30,677 nt of DNA, from positions 1-30,677 of IMG/VR virus record IMGVR_UViG_3300042475_001344, one strand, 5' to 3'. This DNA is from a virus. Its lineage: Duplodnaviria > Caudoviricetes. A program made the translations under genes and the position numbers. The number at the start of each line of letters is the position of its first letter. Positions within the stretch are counted from its first letter, which is position 1. Below are positions 14,571 through 25,600 of the stretch, one piece after another. The notes under the pieces are model-generated. The model was not told the DNA's origin. It worked only from the letters and a program-made list of their open reading frames with translations, and ran no database searches.

Positions 14571-16720
14571 TGCCCTACATCGGAGCCAACCTCCCATACA
14601 AGGGCTGGACGACTGATACGCAGTTCTCGTCCGTCCCCCCGGGTTTCTCGCAGGACATCCTCAATGTGATGCCCGTGGACCAAGGGCGTCGGAGGATGCG
14701 GCTTTCGTCACGCGCTGGGTTCAACCCGATCTACGAGTTTGGTTCCGCTGGACCGATCCAGTGCATGGTGCGCTGTGTTGCGTACACGGGCGCGTCCGGC
14801 GCACTCAAGACGGTGATCAAGGACCGCACGATCGTCGTCAAGGCTGGCGTGGTGTACTACCTTGAGCAGGGCGGCGTGCCGACGGTCTGCTCGATCGCTG
14901 GAGGATCGCACGCACCGACCAACACGCCGGCGCTGAACGCCAGCGTCCGCACGGTCGAAGGTGTGCAGTTCAACGACTACGTTTACCTGTGCGACGGCAT
15001 CAACTACGTCAAGGTTGACATCAGCCTTACGGTGCCGGAAGTGCAGAAGTGGTCTGATCCGTACAACCACATCAAGGTCACGGTCAGCAGCACCAGCAAT
15101 TACGCCACGCTGGTGACGAGGTATGGCGCACGCATCGTATTGGCCGGCGTTGCTGACGCCGAAACCAACTGGTTCATGTCGCACATCGACAACCCAGAAG
15201 ACTGGAACGCTGGCGGGCCTGTTACTGACGCAATCGCCGGCGGTGGTTCTGAATACGGCACTCTTGGCGACCGGATCGTGGCGCTGATCCCGCTTGGCAA
15301 CACCGGACTCCTGTTCGCCGGCCAGCGTTCGATGTCCTACCTGACGGTTGACCCTGCGCTTGGCGACCCGCAGATCATCACGTTGTCAAGGAACATCGGC
15401 ATCGTTGGCCCGCGTGCGTTCTGCTATGGCCCCGAGAAGATCGCCTACATCCTTGGGTACGAGGGGTTGTACCGGGTCACACCTAACGACTTCAGCCTCG
15501 ACCGGGCGCAGTTGATCACCCTGAACGTGCTGGATGCCTTCTTCAGCAAGACCCAGTGGGAGGATCTGGATGTCCTGCTGACGTATGACGTTGAGTTGCG
15601 CGGTGTCTGGATCTGGCTGACCCGTCGCGACCAGCCGTCGGTCAGCGTCCACCTGTTCTACAGCGAGCAGACCGGCGGGTTCTTCCCGCAGCGTCTGTAC
15701 GAGCCGGCGTTCTATGGCGCACTTACGACGTGTCAGGCGGTCGTGGCTGACGGTCGCACGCCCGTGGCTCTGATGGGCAGCGCCGATGGGAAGATTGGGT
15801 ACTTTGACTACCGGATCATCTCTGGCATCGACGGCTACCCCGCCAGCGGATACAACAGCAACGAAGGTGGCACCTACACCCCTCCGACGGCTGCCCAGTC
15901 GGTTGATCGCCGGGTGTTGTCCAACCTGACGCTGGGTCCGGTCATTGGCGACCTTGGCACCCGGGTCATGGTCAGGGACGTTCTAGTCGAGTTGAACAGC
16001 GAAGAACACCTGCCAGACTTGGACGTAAAGGGCAATCTGCCCCGCCCGACGCTTGCCCTGAGTTATGGCGACACGGCTGAGAAGGCGATCGCTGCCAGCC
16101 TGACGACCGTCCGGGTAGTCCTTGGCGACGAGCCAATCGTGGACGGCGGCGCGGCGTCCACCTCGTCGTTCGCCTCGACGGTTGACGGGGACGACGCCAC
16201 GCCTGCGTCGATCACGGACTACATGGACGGTGCCTACGCCCCGTCTGAGTTTGGCCTGTACGAGGCACGCAGCACGTTCGTTGACCCAGAGAGCCGGGTG
16301 TATGACGGTGCTTCGCCTGATGCCGAGTACTACCTGAAGCGTGACACCTTTGACAGCGCCGAGCGTTGGCTGATCTACCACACCGACACAAACAACCTGA
16401 TCTACGCGCAGCAGGCGATCAACGCGGTGTACAGTACAGACCCGACGGTCGGTGAGTATTTCTTCGTCCCAAACGGAGTTACGACCGCAGCAGGACTCCA
16501 GTCCGACGACACGGCCACCATTGCTGGCGTGCTGATCGAGGCCGAGAACCTTGCGCTAGGTGAACTGTACGAGGGCAACAACAACCATTTCCGGTGCCGC
16601 GTGCGTGCCGGTGCGCTCTACATGCAGATTGCCAGTCAGGGCTACCCGTGGGCGCTGGAACGTGCGTCCGTGTTGGTTGACGCTGTTGGCATGAGGCGAA
16701 ACGTGCGAGAGGTGACCTGA
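14570..16720 (+). CDS. Tail nozzle / tail tubular protein B (P22 gp10/T7 gp12-like)
   Basis: 716 aa beta-propeller-like protein: N.MP...R.GF near the start, RIVLAG, S.IDNPEDW, NIGIVGP, C-terminal R.RVR.......I. Located before the ejection genes. Confidence 0.8.
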   Translation: MPYIGANLPYKGWTTDTQFSSVPPGFSQDILNVMPVDQGRRRMRLSSRAGFNPIYEFGSAGPIQCMVRCVAYTGASGALKTVIKDRTIVVKAGVVYYLEQGGVPTVCSIAGGSHAPTNTPALNASVRTVEGVQFNDYVYLCDGINYVKVDISLTVPEVQKWSDPYNHIKVTVSSTSNYATLVTRYGARIVLAGVADAETNWFMSHIDNPEDWNAGGPVTDAIAGGGSEYGTLGDRIVALIPLGNTGLLFAGQRSMSYLTVDPALGDPQIITLSRNIGIVGPRAFCYGPEKIAYILGYEGLYRVTPNDFSLDRAQLITLNVLDAFFSKTQWEDLDVLLTYDVELRGVWIWLTRRDQPSVSVHLFYSEQTGGFFPQRLYEPAFYGALTTCQAVVADGRTPVALMGSADGKIGYFDYRIISGIDGYPASGYNSNEGGTYTPPTAAQSVDRRVLSNLTLGPVIGDLGTRVMVRDVLVELNSEEHLPDLDVKGNLPRPTLALSYGDTAEKAIAASLTTVRVVLGDEPIVDGGAASTSSFASTVDGDDATPASITDYMDGAYAPSEFGLYEARSTFVDPESRVYDGASPDAEYYLKRDTFDSAERWLIYHTDTNNLIYAQQAINAVYSTDPTVGEYFFVPNGVTTAAGLQSDDTATIAGVLIEAENLALGELYEGNNNHFRCRVRAGALYMQIASQGYPWALERASVLVDAVGMRRNVREVT

Positions 16721-17664
16721 TGTCAATCTTTGAAGGAATCGCCGGCGGTATTGGAAGCATCGTCGGCGGAATCTTTGGTGCAAGAGGAAAGAGTCGCCAG
16801 CGTAGTGCGATGAGAAATACCATCGCGCAGTATCAGCGCGAGATGCGAGGTTTGGCCGATCAGGCTGGTCCTGCCTATCAGGGATTGGCTGATCAGGTTT
16901 CTGCTGGTTACCAGCCGATGCTGGATTATCAACAGCAGCAGACGGACCAGATCCTCAATCGCTTCATCGCCGATCGGCAGACCAACACCGACCAGTACCG
17001 TCAGGGGTACGAGCAGAACATTGCACAGTTCCAGAGCGCCTACGACACGATCCGGCAGCAGTACGCCGCCGGCATGGAGCGCGTGTACGGCGAGGCTGCG
17101 TCTGGCCGTCAGGCGATGCTTGAGAGCGTCGATCTCGCTACTGCCCAGAACGTGGCTCGTCAGCAGGCGGCCAACGCCTTCAGCGGTCTTGGTCTGACCA
17201 CCTTCGGTCAGGGCGTGGTTGCTGCACGTCAGGCTGAGGGCGCACGCCAGCGCGGAGTGATTCAAGAGCAGTACGCCAGCCAGTTGGCCGCTATTCGTCA
17301 GGCCCAAACCACTGGCGAAACTGCTTTGGCGCAGGCGCAGACAGGTGGACTTAGCGATCTACGGCAGAGAATGACAACCGGACTGGCAGAGATGGGTACG
17401 TCATATTCAGGCGCTCTTGCCAATCTCCAGCAGGGTTTGTCTTCGCAGCGTCTTGGCATCATGGGAAACCAGTTGGGGATGCAGATGGCGTATCGCGAAC
17501 AGGCCGTTGGAGTTCCTTTGTCATTGCGACAGGCTGCAATCACCGGAGCGTTCCAGCCACAGATGAATGTTGCATCGCTCAGCGGCGCTGGATCAATGCA
17601 GTTTGGAAATGCCCTGATGGGTGCCGGCATGGGAATGGTTGGTAATTACTTCAGCGGACTCTGA
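16720..17664 (+). CDS. Putative ejection / internal virion protein
   Basis: Gly-rich hydrophobic N- and C-termini (GIAGGIGSIVGGIFG; GNALMGAGMGMVG) around a Gln/Ala-rich helical body, as in P22 gp7-type DNA transfer proteins. Confidence 0.65.
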   Translation: MSIFEGIAGGIGSIVGGIFGARGKSRQRSAMRNTIAQYQREMRGLADQAGPAYQGLADQVSAGYQPMLDYQQQQTDQILNRFIADRQTNTDQYRQGYEQNIAQFQSAYDTIRQQYAAGMERVYGEAASGRQAMLESVDLATAQNVARQQAANAFSGLGLTTFGQGVVAARQAEGARQRGVIQEQYASQLAAIRQAQTTGETALAQAQTGGLSDLRQRMTTGLAEMGTSYSGALANLQQGLSSQRLGIMGNQLGMQMAYREQAVGVPLSLRQAAITGAFQPQMNVASLSGAGSMQFGNALMGAGMGMVGNYFSGL

Positions 17665-17685
17665 CACAAATCAAGGGACCAGAAC

Positions 17686-18309
17686 ATGGCATACCTCAAT
17701 CCAAACATGATCAGCAAGATGGCTTCGTCTGCAATGACCGGCAAGCGATTCCAGTCTCAACTGACTCAAGTCCCATACCAAGACTTCCTTCTGCCAGAAG
17801 ATCGTGAAGGCAATCCCAGCGATCGCGTTTCAGCACGCGCATCATCTCAGCCATCACCGGGTGCGACATCTCCGTCGTTCATGTCGGAACTTGGCGATGC
17901 ATTCAACAAGATTGCTCCCGACATGTTCCGTGGCATCGCGGCTGGCCTCGCGTCGTACGAAGGCGATCCGACCCGCCCGTTCAGCGGGGTCGGAGAAGCG
18001 ATGGCCGCGACGATGCAGCGAGGCGAGCAGACTCGCGAGGCTCGTCGCAAGATGAGTCTGATGCCCGAGGAGGCTGCCGCCGTCGCTAAGTCGGAAATCC
18101 AATACGAGAGGATCAAGTACGAGGACGACAAGGATGCGTTCCGTGCGCTGCGCGAGATGGAGGGATTCCGCATGGGTGTCCCGACCGACTCTGTCAGCAA
18201 GGGTCTGATGGCCTACACCGCAGCCAATCCGTTCAGCGCGGTCGAGCGCCAGCGTATGGACGACGATCTCCGCCAGCGGCTCACGGCAGCACTCCGCATC
18301 TCATACTGA
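17686..18309 (+). CDS. Putative ejection / internal virion protein
   Basis: 207-aa helical protein in the ejection-gene position. Confidence 0.55.
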   Translation: MAYLNPNMISKMASSAMTGKRFQSQLTQVPYQDFLLPEDREGNPSDRVSARASSQPSPGATSPSFMSELGDAFNKIAPDMFRGIAAGLASYEGDPTRPFSGVGEAMAATMQRGEQTREARRKMSLMPEEAAAVAKSEIQYERIKYEDDKDAFRALREMEGFRMGVPTDSVSKGLMAYTAANPFSAVERQRMDDDLRQRLTAALRISY

Positions 18310-18316
18310 GGTACAC

Positions 18317-19684
18317 ATGCCGCAACAACCCCTTGGCTCATCGATGATGCAGGATCTTGACGGGTTCCCGGTTCGGGCCGGATCCGGCGCTCCTGAGCAG
18401 TCTCGCCGGATGGCGTCCAGCGAGCAACGCGACCGTCAGTTCTTGGGTGAGATTGATTCCGTCCTTGAGCGGATGAACCGCAACCCGAGTTGGGCTGTCG
18501 GTGATCCGGCCATTGCGGGCCAGCCGTCGTTCGGCAAGGCGGTTGCCGGCATCGAGCAGGGCGACGTTCAGGGTCTTGAGATGCTCCGGTTCGGCACCGT
18601 GCGTGGTACGCCAGCCGTGTCCTTCATGGACGAGGACGGTCAGGAGCAGGTCATCAAGGTGACGTTCCCGCAGTGGATGGGGATGATCCAGAGCCGCGAC
18701 GACGCTCGCGTCCAGTTGCGACAACAGCGCGAACTCGATGCCAAGAAGCAGGCTTTCGCCGGCCAGTTCCGCGCCCTGTCTGCGCGTGTCGCCGAGAGTC
18801 AGGATCCCATCGTCGGCGAGTACCTGTCGATGTTGTACGACATGGACCCCGGTATGGCTATGGGCGGCCTCCAGTCGTTCATCAAGGCCCGCGCTGGCCG
18901 CGAGGACTACACGGTCTACCGTGGTCAGGAAGTGCCGTCGTCGTTCGCAGAGGCCATGTCTGCCCTCGACGACGCTCAGGCTGATGGGCGAACCATGACT
19001 TTCGGAAGGCACGCTGCTGCTTTGTCGGAGCAGGGCAACCAGAACGCGGCCAATGCCGTGAATATGGCGATGTCGATGATGCGCCCCAAGGGCGACCGGA
19101 TCACGCCGCGCACGATGACGATGCCGATGTGGGCCATGCAGCAGCAGAACCCGATGGCTTTGGCAATGGTCGTCGATGGGATGCGTCAGGGCTTGCTACC
19201 GGGTATGACCCGCCCGGTCGCCCTGCCGTCGGTCAACAACGGATCGACCGATGCTGCTACGTTTGAGCAGTTCATGCAGCGGTTCAACGAGGTGTCAGGA
19301 TCGATGGGCTGGGCTCCGGCTGGTGAACAGGACATTCGCGTCATCATGGATGCCATTGCTCGCGTGCGTGGTGGCCTGATGATCGACCAGCAGGTTGTTG
19401 CTCCGACTGCTTCGGCCAAGACATCGAGCGGCAAGCCGTCGCAGCCAGCCCCCGCTGACGTGCGCGGACTGTCGAGCCGCACCCGCAACGCACTGGAAGT
19501 AATCGCACAGAACCCGTACTTCTCACGTCTTCGCAGCAGCGACCAGAATGAGCGTGCAGCGGGGTTCAAGATGATTGAACGTCTATACAATGAGATGCAG
19601 ACGAACGGGCCTGAGCATCTTGGGAAGTACGGCGTCGATCCTGCATTGATCGAAGAGGCATACGCGGCAATCTCTGGAAACTGA
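18317..19684 (+). CDS. Putative ejection / internal virion protein
   Basis: GAGG SD. 455-aa Met/Gln/Ala-rich helical protein directly before the giant gene. Confidence 0.55.
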   Translation: MPQQPLGSSMMQDLDGFPVRAGSGAPEQSRRMASSEQRDRQFLGEIDSVLERMNRNPSWAVGDPAIAGQPSFGKAVAGIEQGDVQGLEMLRFGTVRGTPAVSFMDEDGQEQVIKVTFPQWMGMIQSRDDARVQLRQQRELDAKKQAFAGQFRALSARVAESQDPIVGEYLSMLYDMDPGMAMGGLQSFIKARAGREDYTVYRGQEVPSSFAEAMSALDDAQADGRTMTFGRHAAALSEQGNQNAANAVNMAMSMMRPKGDRITPRTMTMPMWAMQQQNPMALAMVVDGMRQGLLPGMTRPVALPSVNNGSTDAATFEQFMQRFNEVSGSMGWAPAGEQDIRVIMDAIARVRGGLMIDQQVVAPTASAKTSSGKPSQPAPADVRGLSSRTRNALEVIAQNPYFSRLRSSDQNERAAGFKMIERLYNEMQTNGPEHLGKYGVDPALIEEAYAAISGN

Positions 19685-19686
19685 AC

Positions 19687-22600
19687 ATGAGCCAATTCTC
19701 GTTCTTCCCGCAGCCTGACGGCACTGACCCACTGGCCGATTCGCTGACGCAGTACAGGAGGAGCAAGAAGGCGCTGGGCCAGCGTTCGCCTGAAGACAAG
19801 CGGTTCATGGATCTTGGTCGTGCGTTTGCCGACATGATCGGCAGCGTCGAGCCGACGAATCTGCTGTCCATTGGCGGGATCGCTGAAGAGTTCGGCGATG
19901 TCACCAAGTTCATCGACCGTGCGAAGACGATCAACACGCGAAGTGATCTGGAAGAGGAACTGTCTTCCGGGATCCTCAGCCCGCAAGAGTCTGAACTCAA
20001 GCAGCAGCAGATCGACTTCCTCGACAAGTTGGTGCAGCGCGAGTCGGAGCAACAGGATGTTGCCCGCGAGGCGGATATCGCAAAGACCGGCATCGTCGGC
20101 ATGTTCGGCGAGGGTGTCAAGGCAGGCGTAACGCAGGGCGTTATCAGCACCCTTCGCGGAATCAACAACCTGACCCCGTTTGACGGAGATGCGTTCTGGA
20201 GCGGGGCGCAGCGCGAGTCTGGCAAGGCGATTCCCGAGGGAAGCATTGCCGGCAACATCGGACAGGCGGTCGGCAGCGGCGCGTACAGCGCGGCTGCGTT
20301 CGCGGCCAGCCCGTATGTCGGCATTGCAGCGATGGGCTTGCAGGGCTACGGCGGTGGCATTGACGAGTACGAGCAGGCGTTCGCTGCCGGCCTGACGACT
20401 GGCGACTACAGCCAGTTTGAGAAGGTGACATCCGGTCTGACCAGCGCGGCAATCGAGGCGGTGACCGAACGGATCGGTGCCGGGGTTGCTCAGAAACTCG
20501 CCAAGACCGGGGTCGCGCAATGGTTCGCGCAGCCGGGGGCGCGGGCAATCGTCAAGACTGTTGGTGGGATGTATGGAGCCGAGGCGCTTGAGGAAGGTCT
20601 TGTCCCGATCTTGCAGGCTGGCGTCAAGGCGACTGGCATCACTGGGATGCAGGTTGAGTCGTGGGGCGATGTGTTCTCGCAGGCTGCTACGGACGCTCTC
20701 TACGGCGGGTTCGGTGGCTTCGGCGCTGCCGGTGTCAATATCCCTGTTGAACTGTCTCGTCGTCGCGAGACCAATCGTCTGCTTCGAGAGGCCGGCAGCA
20801 AGTACGCTGATCCTGCATACATCCGCGAGATCCTCCCGCAGCGTGCAGCCGCTCTCGACGCGATGACGCCGCAGGAACGTCTTGCAGAAGAGCAGCGATC
20901 CCAGCAGGCTCTGATGCAGGCAGGCGCTGACCTCGCACGATCCAAGGAGGCGGTAGCCAATGCCAGCGCGGAAGTCACGCAGAAGCGCAAGGAACTGGAG
21001 CGATCACGCCGAGGCAAGGATCAGCAGCGCACTCAGGCTCTTGAAGGCGAAGTATCTACGCTGGAGGCAGCACTGGAGAATGCGCGGCGGGTTGCCGCGA
21101 CAACGGCTGCCGATTACTCAGCGTCGCAACTGAACTATCTCAGTGCTGCGAGCATTGCGTCGAGCGCACGCCCGACGAGCCAGATGTCCGCCACCGACAT
21201 CCTCGCTGGCATGAACTACCAGCCGGCGTCTGCTGCGACGAAGCAGCAGAAGGCAGCGCAGGCACAGATTGAGAAGTTGGGCTTCAAGGTCCAGTGGTAC
21301 GACGGTACTGATGCAAAGCCTGCATTCTTCAGCGGGCAGACACCAGACACCGTGTTCCTTCGCGCCGATGGCAACAGCACGTTCGCTGGCATCATGGGCC
21401 TCGCGTTCCATGAGATCACGCACTGGGCGCAGTTCAGCGACAGTGGCCTGTGGGCTGCCCTTCGCAGCACGGTGGACGACAAGTCAATGCTGGAGGCGGC
21501 GGCCAACTACTGGTCGCAGCAGGCCGGCATCGACCCGGTCGTCCGTCGTTCGATTGCTGAGATCATTGCCCAGTCGCAGGGCAAGGCCGGGTCTACCGAA
21601 GCGGTTGACCAGATCGAGCAGCGCATGGCTGGCACGATGGTCGAGGTCGAGGGCGTTGCCCAGTTGATCCAGAACGGCACCGAGGCTCTGTTCCGTGGCG
21701 ACGCCGTACCCGGCTGGTTCAACCAGATGTTGATCCGCGCTGGCGTCCGTGGTCGTTCGGCGATGAGTGCGCTCAAGTTGTACCGTGGCCTGCAAGAGGC
21801 GGCCAAGAACAACAAGGCGTACAGCCCGGGCAAGTTCGGGTTCACGATCGAGGCCGCGCAGCGTGGCCTTGAGGTCATGCGTGCCGCACGGGAGGCGGCC
21901 ATGTCCCAGCCGCAACCGGCCCAGCCGGCCCCCGCGTCCACTGCGACGCCCACCCCTCAGCCCGCGCCTGCGCCTGCTGCCGCAACACCTGCGGCTCCGG
22001 CTCCGGCCCCGGCTGCTGGTCAACCTGCGCCCGCCCCGGCCCCTGCTCCGGCTCCCGCGCCTGCTCCTGCCCCAGCGCCTGCCCCAGCGCCAGCCCAGCC
22101 GGCAGGCCAAGTCGACCGTGATACCGTCCTGCGCGACATCTTGAACAGCGGCGGTCTCAGGGTTCAGCCGACCGCCCGCGACATCATCGGACCGGTCACG
22201 CCAGAGTCGGAGGCTGCGATGACTCGCGCCGTGTCCACGCTTGGGCCGCAGGGCTACCGCGATGCCGTTGCCGCGATCGACCTTGCGCTTGCCGAGGTGA
22301 AGCGCGAGGACGAAGCCGCTGGTCGCCCGTACTCGTTCGACGGCGTCAGCCGCGAGGAGGTTCTGTCGCTGCTGAATCAGACTGCTCTCGCCGACGAGGG
22401 CGCAACCCTGCCCGACGGCAAGCCAGTCACGGTCACGCCGGAGCAGCGTGAACTCGCTAAGAAGGTCCGCCGTAAGGTCCGCCGCACGGTTGGCAACGAC
22501 GTGGTTCTGTTCGCCCGGGCGGCAGCGCCAAAGAGCGACATTGGACACAAGCGCGAGAAGGCCACTGGTCGATATGTCGGATCTCCTGACTGGGTTGGTG

Positions 22601-25600
22601 GCAGTCCTGCTCAACTCAAGAAGTTGCGAAAGATCCTTCGCGGTCTTGCTACGGAGGGTGAGTCTGGTCGTTACTGGTATGAGAACTCCAGCGAGGCGAT
22701 TCTTGAAATCGCCGGCGGAGATCCAGTTGAGGCAGAGAAGATCGTCGCACTCATCGCGCTGTACTCGCCCAACGCAACCGTTCCGGCCAACACCACGATG
22801 GCCCTTACGGCTTACTACCAATTCAAGGCTGGTGTCCCGATCAACGCCGGCTTCGGTGTTGCCGACGCCAAGGCTACCGCCCTGATGTCCGAAGGCAAGA
22901 TGTGGAGCGGCATCAAGACCAACTCGTTCTACCAGAACTTGATGGTCAACATCGACCCGTCCAAACTCGACCCCGGTGTGGCGACGATGGACATGTGGAT
23001 GGCCCTCGCGTTCGATTACGGCGACAAGACGCTTGATCAGGGGCCGAAGTACCAATTCTCCCAACGTGAAATCCAGCGCCTCGCTGCCGAACTTGGATGG
23101 GAAGCACATCAGGTTCAGGCCGCCATCTGGACTGCGATGAAGGGTCGCATCGATCCGATTCGCGATCAACTCAAAGATCGCGAGTTGGCAGAGGGCATTG
23201 GCGAGAACTACGACAAGGTCGATCCGAAGACTGGCAAGACCAAGGTCTTGTACCGTGTCAAGAAGGGACGTGAGTACGCCCACTTCCGTCTGGCCCACAA
23301 GATGGGTATGGAATACGACCTGAAGACAGAAGACATCGAGGCGAGTCGGTACGACTTCAGCGATGCGCTTCGTGAGCGCATGGTCCAGTTGTCGTGGGAG
23401 GCAACTCCATCAACCAGCACCGGTCGTTCGATCCCGGGAATTCACAAGGCTCCACTCGATCAGCGTAGCGAATACCTAGAGGCGATCTACAAGGTCTTGT
23501 TCCAGAATGGTCGCAGTGTGATTGCCGAACTTGCCGGACTGGCGAATGGCACATCCATGATTGGGTATTCGGCATGGAAGGGCGACATTGGCGCTGGGGC
23601 GCAGACATTCACTCCGATCCCCACGTCAGGTACTGGTTCAAAGAAGGCTATCAAGCCAGAGGCCGCTGGCAATTTGGACTTGGCGTCGAACATGTTGGGA
23701 TTCATTCTGGAGCAGGACGCCGTGACATACCACACGGCTGTCTATGGCGCTCCCAAGAAGGACCAGAACATGGTCGCGCTGGAAACCAGTCGCCCGTTGA
23801 CGATGCAGGAGATGCAACTTCTGTACAGAGAACTGCACGCCAAGTTCGGCACTTGGGACTTGGCTCCCGCCTATCGCAACGACGGCGTGCGTATCGGGAA
23901 CTACACGGCGTTCGATGATAGTGTTCCAACGATCGATAACGAGGCATTCCACAAGGGTCTTGCAGAGGTAATCGAGTCTTTGCCTGATACCTTCGGCGGT
24001 GGTACTGTCACGCTGTCATCGTTCAAGTCTGTCGGTAACTACATCACCAACGATTGGAAGGACAATCCAAATGGCGAAACTTATCTGGAGAGAATCCAAG
24101 CCCAACGACCCGTGGTTCTCGATCGGGTCCGAAGTCTTCGTGCCAGTGTCGAAGCCATCAACCGAGAGTTCGATGCCAAGTACGGTTGGGGCGCAGGCCG
24201 AGTCTTCGGCGCAGCCCCAGCCGCCCCAGCCCCAGCCGCCCCAGCAGCCGAGCCAGATGTAACTGGCGAGCGTCCTGATGACGAACCCGAAGGGCCGGGT
24301 CCGACACCCGGCCCCGGCGGTGGCGTGACTCCGCAGCCATCGGTGGTGTCCGCCCGCCAGCCGGCAGCCGTTGCGTCCGACGCTGACTACCTCGCTTCCG
24401 TCGAGCGCGGCGACATGGCGACGGCGCAGCGCATGGTGGACGAAGCGGCGAGGGCCGCTGGGTATCGGTTCACTGTCTACCACGGGACCAATGGGCCTGA
24501 GTTCACGGTGTTCGATTCTGCGAAGGGTGGATTGAAGACCGGAGCATCGTCGGCGACTACCGGTTTCTTTGCTACTGACAACCCGAGGGTGGCCGAGCAA
24601 TACCGGGACAACATCGGTATGGGCGGCATGTTGGGCCTGATGCTGGGGACTGAATCGAATCTCAATCAGGCTCGCAAAGATGCGCTCGCCACGCCAGAAG
24701 GAATCAGGCTTACCGACCGGTTGCAATCGGCGAAGGAAGCCGCGAAACAGGCGATCGATGCCAAGAGGCGTTCGATAGTTTCCGAAGTCTCATCTCTTGT
24801 TCAGTCTCGCCCGAATCCAAACCCGTCACTCAATCAGTTCATCATCGACAACATCTCGCAGAGCCGCATGCGCGGCGAGTTGGCCGAAGACCCAACTGTC
24901 AAGGCTGCTGAACAGCAGGAAGCACAAGCAGAGTTCGATCTGAACCAGTTTGTGTTGTCTGCGGTTGTCGGCGCTCTTCCGAACCGTCGCGTGCTGAACA
25001 TGTACGCGAAGATCGACAATCCGGCGATCTACGACGCCGGAGGCAAGACGCCAGCGGACTTCCCGCTGACCGAGAAGATCAATGCTGCCATCGAGGCCGG
25101 CAACGATGGCGTCATCTTCAAGAATCTGATCGATCCAGTCGAACCGTCCACGCACTATGTCGTGTTCGACTCGTCGCAGTTCAAGTCTTCCGACCCCGTC
25201 ACTCGCGACGAGCAGGGCAACGTCATCCCGCTGTCGAAGCGGTTCGACCCGTCCGAGCCGTCGATTCTCTACGCCCGTGATCCCGGCCAGCGCCGTATCG
25301 ATCTCGCGTATGGCATGGGCCGTCGAGCCGGCCAGCAGGCCGGTGTAGCCCGTGGGCGACAGGAGTTGCTCCCCGGTCTGATGTCTGCCGAAGAGCAGGT
25401 CGAGCGGCTCCAGCGTGCCAGAGAGGAAGTTCGCGCTCGCCGCAAGGAGGACCGTCTGCGTGAGCGTGCGAAGCGAGCCGCCCTCGCTGGCCGAATGCAG
25501 GCCCGCATCGGCAGGATCATGGCTGCCGTCGAGGCGATGCGCCAGAGCGCCGACGAGGACTCCGACCAACTGATGCGCCGTGCGCTGCGCGAGATGCTGC

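Noticed and set aside
21901-22110. CRISPR-like or contingency repeat array
   Set aside because: Degenerate in-frame Pro-Ala codon repeats with no repeat-spacer structure; an ordinary flexible linker.
21484-23298. 604-aa minus-strand ORF (also 3233-4831, 19186-20520 and similar)
   Set aside because: Codon-register mirrors of the giant protein and portal genes; Arg/Gly/Val-rich translations without coherent domains.
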